The translations under genes were made by a program, and so were the position numbers. A stretch of 64,000 nucleotides of DNA, taken from positions 1 through 64,000 of the forward strand of contig CAWCFT010000001.1 of assembly GCA_963794945.1 (NCBI GenBank), given 5' to 3'. The notes beneath the pieces were generated by a model. The model made no database searches, was not told where the DNA came from, and was given only the letters and a program-made list of their open reading frames with translations. This DNA comes from Endomicrobiales bacterium (lineage in GTDB: Bacteria > Elusimicrobiota > Endomicrobiia > Endomicrobiales > CAWCFT01). Positions 43,601 through 57,387 of this stretch are shown piece by piece. Each line of letters starts with the position of its first letter. The first letter of the stretch is position 1.

Positions 43601-46600
43601 AAACACCAGTGAAAGCGGTACCGCCGCTGGCGTCATCATTGCTGAAGGCGAAAGGTTAGTATAAGTTGCCAGCCCGTCCCATGCAACAGCTTCTACTCGT
43701 CCATAGTATGTCGTATTTGGTGTAAGTGATTGATCAAGATCCCCGCCAGCAGACTTCACTGTTGAACTTGAATACACCGTACCGCTGAAATCAGGAGCCG
43801 TTGAAAGCTGAACTATATATACCGTGTTTGGCGGGTTAGCCGTAGTATCTGCCCAAGAAACTGCTATGGCGGTACTTATCACAGTTCCCCATGAAAGGCC
43901 ATTGGGCTGAGCGGTAAGCGTAACAGTTGACACTATGTTCGAGAAAGACACGGGAATTCCCGTGTCTTGGAACGAACGCACCTTGAACCAGTACGTAGTG
44001 TCCGGCATAAGCGAGTAAACTGTGGTAGTAACACTGGTAAGGTTTTGAGCGAATACCACAGGCGTTGAGAAGTTCATAGCGAAATTGTCAGTTGAACAGT
44101 AAACCTCGTAGCTGGTGTTTGGAGGGTTGCCGTTTGATGACCATAACAAAACCGCTGTTGAACCAGTTGTTCCTGTCACAGTAAGCCCCACAGGAGCCAC
44201 AGGTATGGTCATAGTGGTAATAACAGTTGAAAAACCAGATGGATTTCCTGAAGCGTCATAGGCCCTTATCCTGGCATAGTACGTTGTATCAGGCGTCAGG
44301 CTGTAGGCAGTTGTGTTTAAGGCCGTAAACCCGGAAGAAAGGGCTACAGGTGTTGAGAAGTTGGTATTGAAGTTATCCGTTGACAGCGACACCTCATAGC
44401 GGGTATTTGAAGGGTTGCTGTTGGCGCTCCAGGATATAACTGCGCTTGAAATATAAACATTGCTGAACACTGCTATCTGTGGAATCGCAGCTGGTGTTAA
44501 TATCCATGCTGGCGACAAAGATGTTGGTGAAGTTAATCCATCCCCTGATAAAGCCATAACACGGCCATAATACGTTGTATTCGGAATGAGAGGCTGAACT
44601 ATAGCGCCACTCGCAGATTTTATAGTTGAGCTTGAATATATAGTCCCTATAAAATTAGATGCTGTGGACAGTTGCACTATATATGTAGTGTAGCCAGGGT
44701 TATTGGTATTATCTGCCCATGAAACTGCAGCTGATGTGCTTATTATGGCTCCCCATGAAATATTGTTGGGTGCAGCTAGCAAAGTTACAGTAGACACGGT
44801 ATTGGAATAAGCAGAAGGAATCCCGGAATCCTGGAATGCCCTCAGCCTGAACCAGTAGGTGGTGTTAGGCGTCAATGTATAGACTGTGGTAGTTATAGCA
44901 GTAAGGCCTTGAGCGAATACTACCGGCGTGGAAAATACAGTATTGAAATTATCCGATGAATAGTAAACCTCGTATTTGGTGTTTGATGGGTTGCCGTTAG
45001 CGTTCCAGGTCAGGACTGTTGAAGAACTGCTAACAGCACCAGTGGCAAGTAACGTTGGGTTAGCTGCGTAAGTTGTAGTACTGATAGTCGTGCCGAAGGC
45101 TGTCGGGATATTATCAGAATTCATAGCTGAAAGGTTTATAGCAAATGTCGTGTTGGGTGTAAGGCCTGTTATCAAGTTTGATATTGAAGAGGTCCAGGTA
45201 GTGGTTGTGGCATAAACAGCGGCAGCAACAAACGCTCCGCTCGTGTTGAGGTATTTTGTCCAAGCGCCGGCATTCGAGCTTATCTGTATGGCGTAATTCG
45301 TATAGTACGGGTTTGCATCCGTATTAATAGTAAACCCTATAGTAGTGGAAGATACGTTGACTACTGACGGCGCTGGCGGCGTTACTGCCAGTGTCGATGT
45401 TGAATTGTAAATAACCCATGCCGTACTTATCCCGTTATTGTTTATTGCCTGAACTTCGTATTGATAAGTAGTATTCGGGCTGAGCGATGTTGTGTCAAGC
45501 CAATATGTGTTCGATGATGTCAAAGAATTACCTGTGGTGATATTCTTGGCTGTATAAAGTGTTCCCGCTGAATTGCCGTTTACTGTCCAGTTGACATTAA
45601 CAGTCCATGTCGACGTCTGTACAGAAGCCAGCACTGGCGGCATTGCCAGCGTCGATGTCGCGGCCATCATCGCAAATGCCGTGGGTATGTTGTTGATGTT
45701 ATATGCCCTCACGCGCGCGTAGTAAGTAGTATTAGCTGAAAGCGTAACGAGCGACGTGGTAAGTCCCGTAAGATTCGAAGATAGCCATGACGCCGTTGAA
45801 TAATTCGCCACGAAGTTGTCCGTTGAATAAGATACTTCGTATACAGTATATGTCGAATTGCCGTTAGACTGCCAGTTCACTGTCATTGAAGAGGTGTAAA
45901 CATTCCCAACTACAAATGATACAGGCACAGCTGCCAGTGTCGCGCTCGTGACAGAAGTGCTGAAGGCTGTGGGCTTATTGTATTGGTTAATGGCCTGGAC
46001 ACTGTAAGTTAAAGCGACGTTCGTGGACAGGTTCGTTACCCGAACACTGTTTGTCCATGTTGTTGTTGTGTTGTATACCGCCGTTGAACTAAATCCACCT
46101 GTTGGGCTTGCGACATAGCCTGTCCAGATCCCCCCAACATTGGAGCTTACCTGTATCGCGTACTGCGTCCAGTACGGGTTTGTTCCTGGATTGATAGTAA
46201 CTGTTGCGCTCGTTATATATACATTACCCATCGTAAGTGCCGGAGGCACCGCGGCAAGTGTCACGGTAGAACCGAGGCTGACCCAGCTGCTGGCTATACC
46301 TGAATAGTTCTGTGAATTCACCTGGAATTGATAGGTTGTATTAGGAATAAGGCCGGTGCTTATCCGGACATTGTTCATGGTTGTGGAAGAGTTGCCAATA
46401 GTCATATTCTGGGCAGTATAATATGTTCCAGCCGGGTTGCTATTGTTTTGCCAGTTCGCTGTAATGCTTGTCACCCAGACCCCGTAAGCTGAAGCCAGCG
46501 GCGGGTTCGATAACGTTACAGTTGTATACGAAAGGCTGTAGCCGGTAGTAACACCAAGAATGTTTTGGGCAATCGTGCTTATTGTATAAGTCGTGTTCGG

Positions 46601-49600
46601 CGTCAGCGGGTTATTTATCCAGAAAGGCGTGCCCCAGGTTGTAGTTGAAGCGAACATCAGCGTGCTGTTGAATGTCCCGTTAGTATAATTTAGATACTGC
46701 ACTAACGCGGAAGACGATATTTGCACGCCGTACTGCGTATAGTACGGGTTTGCGGGATTGGGCATGACTGTAATGCTTATACTGGATATCTGAACCTGAT
46801 TAACTACCGGCGCCGGCGGCAGCGAGCGCCCACGTGACAGTTGAAACCACGGAAGAATACGCGGAAGATATGCCCGTGGTCTGCTGGAAAGCGCACAGTT
46901 TGAACCAGTATGTTGTATTAGGTGTCAGCAAATATACCGCAGTTGTATTGGCGGTAAAGCCCTGCGCAAGCGCCACCGGCGTCGAAAATATATTAACGAA
47001 ATTGTCCGATGAGCAGTAAAGCTCATACCTAGTATTCGACGGGTTCCCGTTGGCATTCCACGATATCACCGTTGTCGAACTGCTAACAGCGCCTGTAGCA
47101 ATGTTTGATGGTATGGCAGCGTACGTTGCTGTGCTCGCCACTGCGCCGTATACTGTCGGCACAAGGTTCGAGTTCTGTGCCGATATCCCTATTGCGAACG
47201 TCGTGTTAGGCGTCAACCCGTTTATCAACCTTGACGCTGTCCATGTTGTGGTAGTGGCGTAAACGGCCGCGCCTACAAGCGCACCGCTCGTGTTTACATA
47301 ACCTGTCCATCCCCCCCCACGAACTTATCTGTATGGCGTAATTGGTGTAGTAGGGGTTTGCATCGGTATTAATAGCGATGCTTATGCCTGTAGAAGATAC
47401 GTTAACAAGGGAAGGCGCAGGCGGCGTTACAGCGAGCGTTGAAGTGGAATTATAAATAACCCATGCCGTGCTTATGCTGTTATTGTTAATCGCCTGGACT
47501 TCGTACTGATAAGTAGTATTTGGGCTGAGCGAAGTTGTATCCAGCCAATAGGTATTAGATGAGGTCAAAGAATTATTTGTAGTGATATTTTTAGCGGTGT
47601 AAAGTGTTCCAGCGGAATTGCCGTTTGCTGTCCAGTTGACATTAATCGACCAGGTGGATGTCTGGACAGAGCTTAGCACAGGTAAGTTTGCCAGCGTAGA
47701 GGTAGCAGTCATAAGAGCGAAGGCTGTTGGTATGTTGTTGATGTTATATGCCCTGACCCGCGCGTAGTAAGTAGTGTTGGCTGAAAGCGTCACGAGCGAC
47801 GTGGTAAGAGCCGTAAGGTTTGAAGAGAGCCACGAAGCGGTTGAAAAATTAGCCGCGAAGTTGTCAGTTGAATAGGAAACTTCGTATACGGTGTAAGTTG
47901 AATTGCCGTTAGACTGCCAGTTAACAGTCATGGAAGAAGTGTAAACATTGCCAACAACGAAAGATATCGGTACAGCGGCAAGCGTCGCGCTGGTGACAGA
48001 GGTGCTGAAGGCTGTAGGCTTATTATATTGGTTAATAGCCTGTACACTGTACGTGAACGCTACGTTCGTTGACAGGTTTGTTACCCATACACTGCTTGTC
48101 CATGTAGTTGTTGTGTTGTATACCGCCGTTGAGCTAAATCCGCCTGTAGGGCTTGCTACGTAACCTGTCCACGCGCCGCTTGCAGAGCTTACCTGAATGG
48201 CATACTGCGTCCAGTAGGGGTTAGTTCCTGTATTAATAGTAACTGCCGCGCTTGTTATGAATACTCCTCCCATTAGGGGAGCTGGTGGCACAGCGGCAAG
48301 TGTTACAGTAGAGCCGAGGCTGACCCAGCTGCTTGCTGTACCTGCATAGTTCTGTGAATTAACCTGGAACTGATAAGTGGTATTGGGAACAAGGCCGGTG
48401 CTTATCCGAGACATTGTACAGTGTTGTGGAAGAAGCGCCAATGGTCATGTTCTGGGCTGTATAATATGTGCCCGCTGGGTTGCCGTTGTTTTGCCAGTTA
48501 GCCGTGATACTCGTTATCCATACGCCGTAAGCAGAGGCCAGAGGCGGGTTAGAGAGTGTCACAGTAGTCGCGATTACGCTGTAGCTGGTCTGAACTCCGT
48601 TCAGATTTTCAGCAACAACACCGATATTAAAAGTAGTGTTAGGCGTAAGAGGGCCGGCCGAGGTGTACGTGTTCCATGCTGCGGTAGAAGCAAAAACCAG
48701 TGAAAAGCCCAGCGCGCCGGAAGTGTTGAGATACTGGGTTGGCCCTGAGGAAGTGAAAGCAACGGCGTATTGGGTGTAATACGGGTTTGAGGGATTTGGT
48801 AAGACAGTAATACTCATGCTGGAATTGACAACCTGATTGATAAGAGGCATCGGAGGCACAGCTGCAAGCGTTGTGCTGATCGCTGTAGACCAGGCGGTAT
48901 TGCGATTGTAAATATCAGTCGATTTAACCTGGTAAGCATAGGTTGTGTTTGGAGTAAGCCCAGTGACACCGCCGGTATCTATCCATGTTGTCAACATGGT
49001 AGTAGACGATGCCCCGAACGTAGTATCAGAAGATGTATAGGAGGTATAGGGCGGGTTGCCGTTCAGCCGCCCAGGTTACTGTAATACTGGTCTGGTTCAT
49101 TGTAAACGGCATAAAAGTAGGCTGCGCGGCATAGGTTATTGAGCTAACAATATTTGAGAATTGTGAAGGCACTCCGTCCAGGTTGAACGGCCTGATCTTG
49201 AACCACCAAGTAGTATTCGGCTGGAGCGAGTAGACCGCGGTTGTTAACGCAGTAAGGCCGCTGGTATATACAATCGGTGTGGAATAATTCAGGTTAAATC
49301 CATCAGTAGAGCTGTAGACCTCATAACGTGTATTAGCCGGGTTTGATGTTGCCCAGCTAATTGTCCCTGAAGTCACAAGAATACTGCCTAAAGATAAAAC
49401 AGTGTCGGACAGCGCTAATGTTGTTGTGGTCACCGTAGAGCTGTACGCGGTAATATTTCCGGCTGTATTGATAGCTCTGACCTTATAAGTATAAGAAGTA
49501 TTCGTTGAAAGGCCCACGGCATAGATGTTACCGGAACCTGACCAGGAAGTTGTTGTCAGGAAGACTTCAGAGCCGAATGGAAGGCCGCTGCCTGTACAAT

Positions 49601-52600
49601 AAGATGTCCATGCGCCGCTTGCCGATGAAATGTAAATGGAGTATTGCGTCCAGTACGGGTTGCTGCCGGTATTAATAGTAATGCTCATGCTTGAGGTAGT
49701 TACATTGCTTATTGAAGGCACAGGCGGCGCCTGCGCCAGTGTTACCGTAGTGCCTAGCACAGCCCAACCTGTAGCTCTTTGCGCGTAGTTTACCGCCTGC
49801 ACCTGGTAGGTGTATGTAGTATTAGGTGTAAGGCCTGAGTGAAGCCATTGGGCCAGAAGAGTTGTTGAAGAGCCGTGCGTAGTATATGTTTCAGTAGCAA
49901 TATAAACGGTTCCTGAGGGGTTTCCGTTAGCCAGCCAGTTAGGCGTTACGCTTGTTATATAGACGTTAAATCCGGAGGCAGTCGGGATAGCGGCTAAAGT
50001 TGGCGTGGAGAACGCCGCGCTGTAAGACGTGGCCACGCCTAACGTATTTTGCCCGACAGCGCTGAATGTGTATGTGGTATTCGGCAATAGGTTAAGCACC
50101 CAGGTTGCCGCTGTCCATGTAGCGGTTGAAAAATACTGCGCGCTCGCGCCGTATACGCCGCTGGTGCTCAAGTAATTTGTCCATCCGCCAGCGGATGATA
50201 TCTGCAGGGCGTAAGCTGTATAATACGGGTTATTGGCTCCGGGCAGAACGCTAACGCTCATGCTTGAAAGGTCAACTTCGTTCAATACCGGCTGTAAAGG
50301 AGCGTTGGCAAGGGTTTCAATTGTGGTTGAGATAATCACGGTGCTGAAACCGTTATTGCCTACGGCTTTTACCTGATACTGATAAGTTGTATTTGGCGTA
50401 AGGCCGCCGTTTGCCCAGGACTGCGCTATGGTGCTTGTGGACGCCGAGTTTGTTATATTCGTTGCGGAGTAAACTGTACCTGCCGGGTTTCCGTTGGCCT
50501 GCCAGCCAATTGTAGCGGTGCCGGCAAGAATTGTAAAAGAAGTAAATGAAGGCGTTATAGCATAAGTGGTTGTTGAAACCGTTGGAGAATAAGCCGCAGG
50601 AATGCCATCATTATTGAAAGGCCGCAACCTGAACCAGTATGTGGTGTTAGCCTGCAGAGAAATAAGAGTTGTAGTAGTAGCTGTAAATCCGCTCGCAAGA
50701 GCTATTGGAGTTGAAAAATTCGCCGCGAAATTGTCAGTTGATTCATAAACTTCAAAACGGGTATTTGAGGGGTCTGAGGACGCCCATGAAATGGAAGACG
50801 TTGAAATGTAGACAGAGTTAACTGTCAAACCGGCAACCGGTATCGCCAAGGTCGCGGATGAAACAGAAGCGCCGTATGCAGTTTGAACGCCTGACATATT
50901 CTGAGCGCTCACACTGAACGTGTACGCGGTATTGGTTGATAAACCAGTTACCCATATCGTTCCAGAGCCGGACCAGCTTGAAGTTGACTGGTAAACAGGG
51001 ACCCCACTTAACCCCATATTATTGCCCGCTACATACCCGGACCAGCCAGAAGAAGAAATTTGAATGGCGTATTTGGTAGGGAATGGGTCTGAGCCCAGAG
51101 AAATGCTCACGGAAATGCTTGTAACCGCTACCGCCGGAATAGATGGCGCGGGAGGCACTGCCGCCAGAGTTACTGTTGTCCCAAGTGTTGTCCAGCTTGT
51201 CGGTAAACCATTTGAATTCGATGCCTGCACTATGTAAGTATATGATGTATTGGGTGTCAGCCCCGTCTCGATCCATGCACTTAAGATAGTTGAACTTGAA
51301 ACCAATGAAACAGTGTCCGACGAGTTATAAACTGTCCCGGCCGGGTTGCCGTTTGTCCCCCAGTTTGCCGTGATACTGGTAGTATTGACTGTAAACGGCA
51401 GAGGCGTAGGAGGCGCGGCCGCTGTTACAGTGCTTATCTGAGCGGAATACGCTGTAATAACATTATCAAGGTTCATTGCGCTGATACTAAATAAATAAGT
51501 TGTATTAGGTATCAGGCCAATTGAAAGCACATTACCCCATGTAGTAGTGGTTTGATATACAGGTGTTGAGGCAAGTGTGTAGTTCGCCTGAGTCCAGAGC
51601 TGGCTGTTGGCGCTGGATACCTGTATAGCGTAACGAGTATTTGTTGGGTTAGAGGCAGTATTTATCGCAAGCACAGCAGTAGTGCTTGAAACAGAGATAA
51701 GCATAGGCGTTCCAGGCACTCCGGCAAGCGTATGAGTACTTACTACTGAAGAATAAGATGTCGGGATTGACTGGTAGTTAAACGCGCATACCTGAAAATA
51801 ATAGGTCGTATCGGTTGAAAGGCTGCCTGTGGTATACTGAAGCAGAGGGCCGGTATACGCTGTAACCCAATGGCTATTGTCCAGCGACTGCTGAATCTGG
51901 TATATGGTTCCGGCCGAGTTGTTATTTGCCTGCCAGCTTAGTGATATCGCGCTGGTTGACACAGAAACGAAGCTCAATGAAGTAGGCACAGCCGCCAGCG
52001 TAACAGTACTTACGACAGAAGTGTAGGCTGTATAAACATCAGTTGAATTCAAAGCTGTGTTCCTCGCGCGAATCTTATAGAAATAAGTAGTGTTTGGGAA
52101 TAAGCCCTGGGTGTCAGTAAAAGTCGTGCTTGAAAGGCCGACTTTTAAGTCCCAGCTTAGGCCGTCAACTGATTCATCAACTTCATAATTTGTCCATGGG
52201 GGGTTGCCGTCGGGATCCCAGGAAAGCGATAGGGAATTGGTGCCAGCCGAGGTAAACTGCAGGTTTACTGGAGCGGTCGCAAGCGTTGTGCCGTACGACA
52301 TACTGGAGTAACTTGAATACGTTCCGTATACATCTTGAGACCTGATACGGTAGAAATAGCAAGTGTTAGGAGAGATGCCTGCCGTTGTAAACGATAAAAG
52401 TGTCCCTGTGTATATATTAGACCAGTTAGTAGTATTTACAGATGACTGTTCAAGGTCAAATATAGTGCCCGGCGGATTGGTTGATGTCCACGATACCGAT
52501 ATTGAACTGACAGCTACAAAATTGAGGGTTGGTGTGTTCGGTACGCTGGTTTTCGTTGTTGACGAGCCGAAAGTGGACCAGGATGTCTGAACACCGGCTA

Positions 52601-55600
52601 CGTTTTGCGCCTTGCCCCTGAAATAATAAACGGTATTTGGTATAAGCCCGGTAGCGTTCCATGTGTATGATGTTATCCATCCGGAACTCGAGACAGCGAC
52701 TCCTCCTGCCGAAATACTTGAAGCTTCAACGTAAAATTGTGTTCCCGAAGGATTGGTGTTCGCGAACCAGGTTGGCACCAAATTAGTTGCGTTAATATTG
52801 GATATCTGGTTAACAAGCGGCAGCGCCGCGTTAGTAAATGTAGTTGAGCTTGTACTTGTTGGAGAAGCATTGCCGAAAGTATCAGCCGCTGTCACCATGG
52901 CAGTGTATGACGTATTGGGCGTAAGCCCCGTATAGGTGTAGGTAGATGACGCTATCCATCCCGAGTTCCCTGCTGTTCCGGTAAAGTCGTATAACACGCC
53001 GCTGGTATCAGTTTGAGGCACGGCCGTCCAGGTTATATTGGTTGAAGATATGGCGATAATACTTTGCAAAACAGAGTTAATGCCATTGGAAGGAGGCTGG
53101 TTGTAAACACTAAACTGCCCGGACACTGTGCTCATAGACAGCAGATAATCGTTCACCGTAACGCTCGTGTAAACAGTGTTATAAATAGTGTTTGGAAGCG
53201 ATGTGGTTGACTGCCATACAATCGTTAATGTATTAGTAGTATATGTGATAATCTGCTGGCTGGCCAGGTCGCCTACCTGAAAGGCTCCTGAATTGTTAAC
53301 TGCGGGACTTCCCCCAGTATCATTGTACGCAGCAGTCGAGATTAATATCTGAGCTTTAGTCCATGGGCCGGTGGCGCTTGTCGTAGAAAAATAAACGTTG
53401 ACGCGGCATTTCTTTTGTTCAATATCTGAAATAGACAGCGGAATGGTGATTCTCCCGTCTCCTGTGGTTCCCTCGTATGGGAGCGCGGTGTAAGCCGCAA
53501 CAGGACCAACCTCACTGCCGTAACCGTTAAAAGCGGCCGACGAATACGCAAGTGTCAGTGTATTGCCGTAAAGATCCTGCACATTGGTAGATACAAACAC
53601 AACATACGGAGCGCTCGATGTTTGAGGGCCTGTATACATTGTAAACGAATATCCATTTATATCATAGGCGGCGGCCGAACTGACCGAAAGCCCGGCTACA
53701 GTATAGTTTGCTGAATCTGTTGCGCTTGCCAATGTGGAAGTGCTTGTATCAACAAGATTATCGCTAAATGTCAGCACAACGCTTGTTGGATTTTCCGCCA
53801 CGGCGCTTATGAGATGAGGCCCGACAGTATCAAAGTTTATAGTGAAAGTGCTTGCCGAAGAACTTGGCACTCCATCCGGATTGAGGGCAACAACCTGAAA
53901 ATAAAAATTCATGCCAATCTGATTTGTCAGGTCAGCGCACGCAAGCCCCAAATTGGTCCCGTCCCAGAGTGTTCCGTTGGAGGCGATGTAGCCGGCGCTA
54001 TTAGTGCTTGTGCCCCATATATAGCGGAAATTTGTGTAATAAGCCGTCGGAGTGGAAATAAAAACAACTGAAGGATTATTCGAGCGGCCGTTGTTAGTCT
54101 GGCCTGACAGGCATTGTATCACTGGGTTACTCGGCAATACCATGTTAACGCCTAAATAGGTTGGAGCGGTAGGTATTGGGCTGCCGTTTTGAGCCTTTAC
54201 CTGCATATAATATGATGTGAACGGTGTCAGGCCGCCGAATGTATAGGCTGAAATACCAGTCTGCCAGTTTGAAGATGACTGAATAACTGCAAATGAAAGA
54301 GAAGTAGATAGATCAACTTCGTACTGTGTAGCAGATGGATTAACCCCGGTTGCCCAGCTGGCAGTTATCTGGGATGTTGAGATTGGCGTAGGCGTTTGCG
54401 CCCCCGGAGCTTGAGCAAGCGTGTAAGTGCTGCTTTGGGCTGAAAAACCTGTGTCTACCTGCTGAAGATTCATCGCGTCAACAGCAAAGCCGTATTGAAT
54501 GTTTGGGTTAAGATTAGGCATGACAATCGGGCTTCCCCATGTTGAGATACTCTGATAAACAGCTCCTGAATAAAACATACTGTTACCAAGCGATTTATCC
54601 TGCAGTAAATAATAAGTGTTTCCGCCGCTCAGGACCTCGATACCGTAGAGCGTTCCCGCAGAATTTCCGTTCGTATTTATAGTAAGAGAAATAGACGTAC
54701 TGCTGGGTGAAGTAAGCGAGGCTACACTCGCCATTGAAGCGTACGTTGAAGTATCTATAACATCAGTGTAGAAACTGTAAGCCCCTGTCAGGCCCTGCGC
54801 GCGGGCTCTGTAATAATAAAGAGTATTTGGGCTGAGACCGGCTGTGGTAAAAGCAAGAAGCGGGCCTGTATATATGCTTGCCCAGTTAACATTGTCGGCC
54901 GAGCCTTCCAGGTCGTAATTAGTCAGAGGGCTGTTGCTGTTGGGGTCCCAGCTGATCGAAACTGAACCGCTGGAAACGGAAACAGTTGTCAGATACTGTG
55001 GATAGTTTACCGCTGTAGCGACACTGTTAAGCGCTGAAAAGGTTGTTATCGCGTTTACAGAGTTCATTGCCTGAGCTTTGAAATAATATGTAGTGTTGGG
55101 GATCAGTCCGGAGAAAATATAGTTGTTATTAGTCATCCAGGAACTCGAACCCGCAATTACGCCGAACGCAGGATCTGTGGATGCTTCTACATTATATAAG
55201 GTGCCGCTGGGGTTATTGAATGTTCCAAGGAAAACACTGATCCTTTGTGTTTCAATGAACAGGTATGAAGCAACCACAGGTATCTGAGCGCTGGTGCAGG
55301 TGCTTATATATGATGAATAGGCAGTTTGCCTGCCCAGATAATCCATCGCGGCTACTGCAAAATAATAGGTAGCATTCACCTGTAGGTTCGCGGCGTTTAT
55401 GGTGGTTCCTCCCCATGTTTGTGTGGATTGAAACACCGCAGTCGAGCCAGGTGTACCGTTTGCCTGTAAGTAGTAGGTGGTACCTTGATATAATAATTCA
55501 ACCGCATATAAGGTACCGGCTGGGTTGCCGTTGCTTTGTATGCCAACGCTTATGCTGTTGGAACTGACGCTGACAATTGAAGGCGTAACAGCCGCCGCAT

Positions 55601-57191
55601 ACGTCAGAACTCCAGCTAACGATGACGAACTCATGTTTGCGCCGTTAAATGCTTCAACATAATTATAGTATGTTGTATTTGGAGCGAGCCCGCCTTCAAC
55701 CCAAGTTGTGGTATTTGAAGCCAGTGTGGAAGAAACCTGGCCAGAAGTTGAAGAGTAGACCTGGTAGCCGCTTGCCCCAATGGAATTCTGCCATTGCCAG
55801 ATGATTGAACCCGTAGACAGCACGGTGCCGGTAAAACCAGCGGGCACTGGAGGATTGCCTGTGTATTCATACGCTCCGATGTCGGGCAGGCTTATTCTGG
55901 CAATGCCTCTCTGGTCAATAGACGGAATAGAAACCGGGCCGTTTGCCGCGGCGTTGCCCGCGTTAGTGGCAACACTGCCTGCTGAAAGCGCTAGGGTCTG
56001 AGTGCCGTTTAAGGAGCCGTTAAGCGCAAGGGAACCGCTAAGGTTAAGGTTCTGCTGGACTCCGGTTATATCTCCTGTGCCTAAAAATGTGTAGCCGTTT
56101 GTTGATACTACAATATTATAGCCGTTATCAACAACGGTTCCGGCGCTATACCTAAAGTCATATTGAGTATTATTGGCAAGCAATGAATTCTTGATATATA
56201 GAATGCTGGCAGTATCCTCAAAAACGGCTCCTGGCGTTGTCGTGGCGGCATTGCTTGCTATTGTATCATTGGTCAGGTAAAGAATATCGTTATAATTATA
56301 TATACCTCCGCCTGATGTGGAAGCTGTATTGCCGAATATGGTGCAATTAGTTATATAGCAGCTGCCGTAGTTAAAGCAAATGCCGCCGCCCCTGCTGCCT
56401 GAAGCGTTGTTGTTTATAATTGTATTTGTTATATTCCCGAAACCTGTAGATGATGAAATATATATACCGCCGCCATCACTTGTAGATGTATTGTTCGAGA
56501 CAGTGCAGCTGCTCATTGTTACTGTTGTAGTAGATAAGTAAATCGCTCCGCCCTGGTAGCCTGAATTGTTATTAAAGACAGAATTCAGAATTGAAACTGA
56601 AGCCGCGCTGCTGACGAATAAAGCTCCGCCGCCGTAAGAAGCTGAGGTGCACTGGTTGGAATTAAACGAGCAGCTGCTTATCGTCAGGTTTCCCATGTTG
56701 TATGCGTAGACCGCACCGCCATAGGTGGCTTTTGAACCGCTTATTGCGCAGTTATTCAGTGTGATATTGCCGCTCGCAGTGCTTATATAAACGGCGGCGC
56801 CTGCGCTTGACGCACAGTTTCCGCCCAGTATAGTCATATTCTGAAGCGTGACCGTTTTACCTGAGGCCGGGGGCGCTATGAAAAGTTGTATGTTGGTTGT
56901 TCCAGGTGTAGTTACTTTAATAGTGACGGGGGTACCGCTTCCGGCAGTATTAGAACCATCGATCGTGACCGTATTAGTGCTTAAAGTCAATGAAGACAAT
57001 AATGTTATAGTTTCATTACCGGCAGAGAGGCTGAAATTTATAGAATCGCCGTCAGCATAGTTTGTGGTGGCCGCGCGCAGAGAACCACCGCCGCTGTCGG
57101 CATTAGTATTAACTGTCCATGTTGTGGCTTGCGCTAAGGAACTGAAAAAAAGAAAGAAGGTAAGAGAGATAAGAAATTTATGGAAAGCCAT
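40654..57191 (-). CDS. Giant (~5500 aa) secreted FN3-repeat surface protein with C-terminal FlgD-Ig/T9SS-type-A-like domain (five frame breaks)
   Basis: Signal peptide, GGSLRAA and GGAI/GGGI beta-helix repeats, DQRG..DIGAYE, dozens of W..NGNP..T.Y...LTPNTTY units, DxDG motifs, terminal PNPFNP..IDIYDIAGEKV..WNG..GVYIV..KLAIIK. Six ORF pieces abut with continuous repeat phase. Confidence 0.85.
44810..48890 (-). repeat. Internal tandem duplication, two ~2.04-kb units
   Basis: For example, CCGAGGCTGACCCAGCTGCT at ~46272 and ~48314, and long near-identical protein tracts. Confidence 0.85.
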
Positions 57192-57312
57192 AAGGTTTAA
57201 AGTTTAAATTCGTTTTAAAGGCATAGCTAAAATTAAAAAAGCACTGTATTTTAAAGTATCTATTTACAAAACTTTAAACAAATAAAAAAATTACCTGTAA
57301 TATTGCGTAACC

Positions 57313-57341
57313 AGTATACTATTTTAAGTTTCTAGTGTCAA
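57313..57341 (-). promoter_or_regulatory. Sigma-70 promoter of the giant gene
   Basis: TTGACA-17 nt-TATACT. Confidence 0.7.
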
Positions 57342-57387
57342 GAGTCTGGATGGATGGATAGATGTATGGTAAAATTTTACAGTTAAT

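Noticed and set aside
44810..48890. DGR template/variable repeat pair
   Set aside because: The differences are not adenine-specific, the repeat is kb-scale and coding, and there is no reverse transcriptase.
57348..57370. GGAT tetranucleotide run upstream of the giant-gene promoter
   Set aside because: Only three perfect units and outside the -35/-10 spacer, too short to argue for phase variation.
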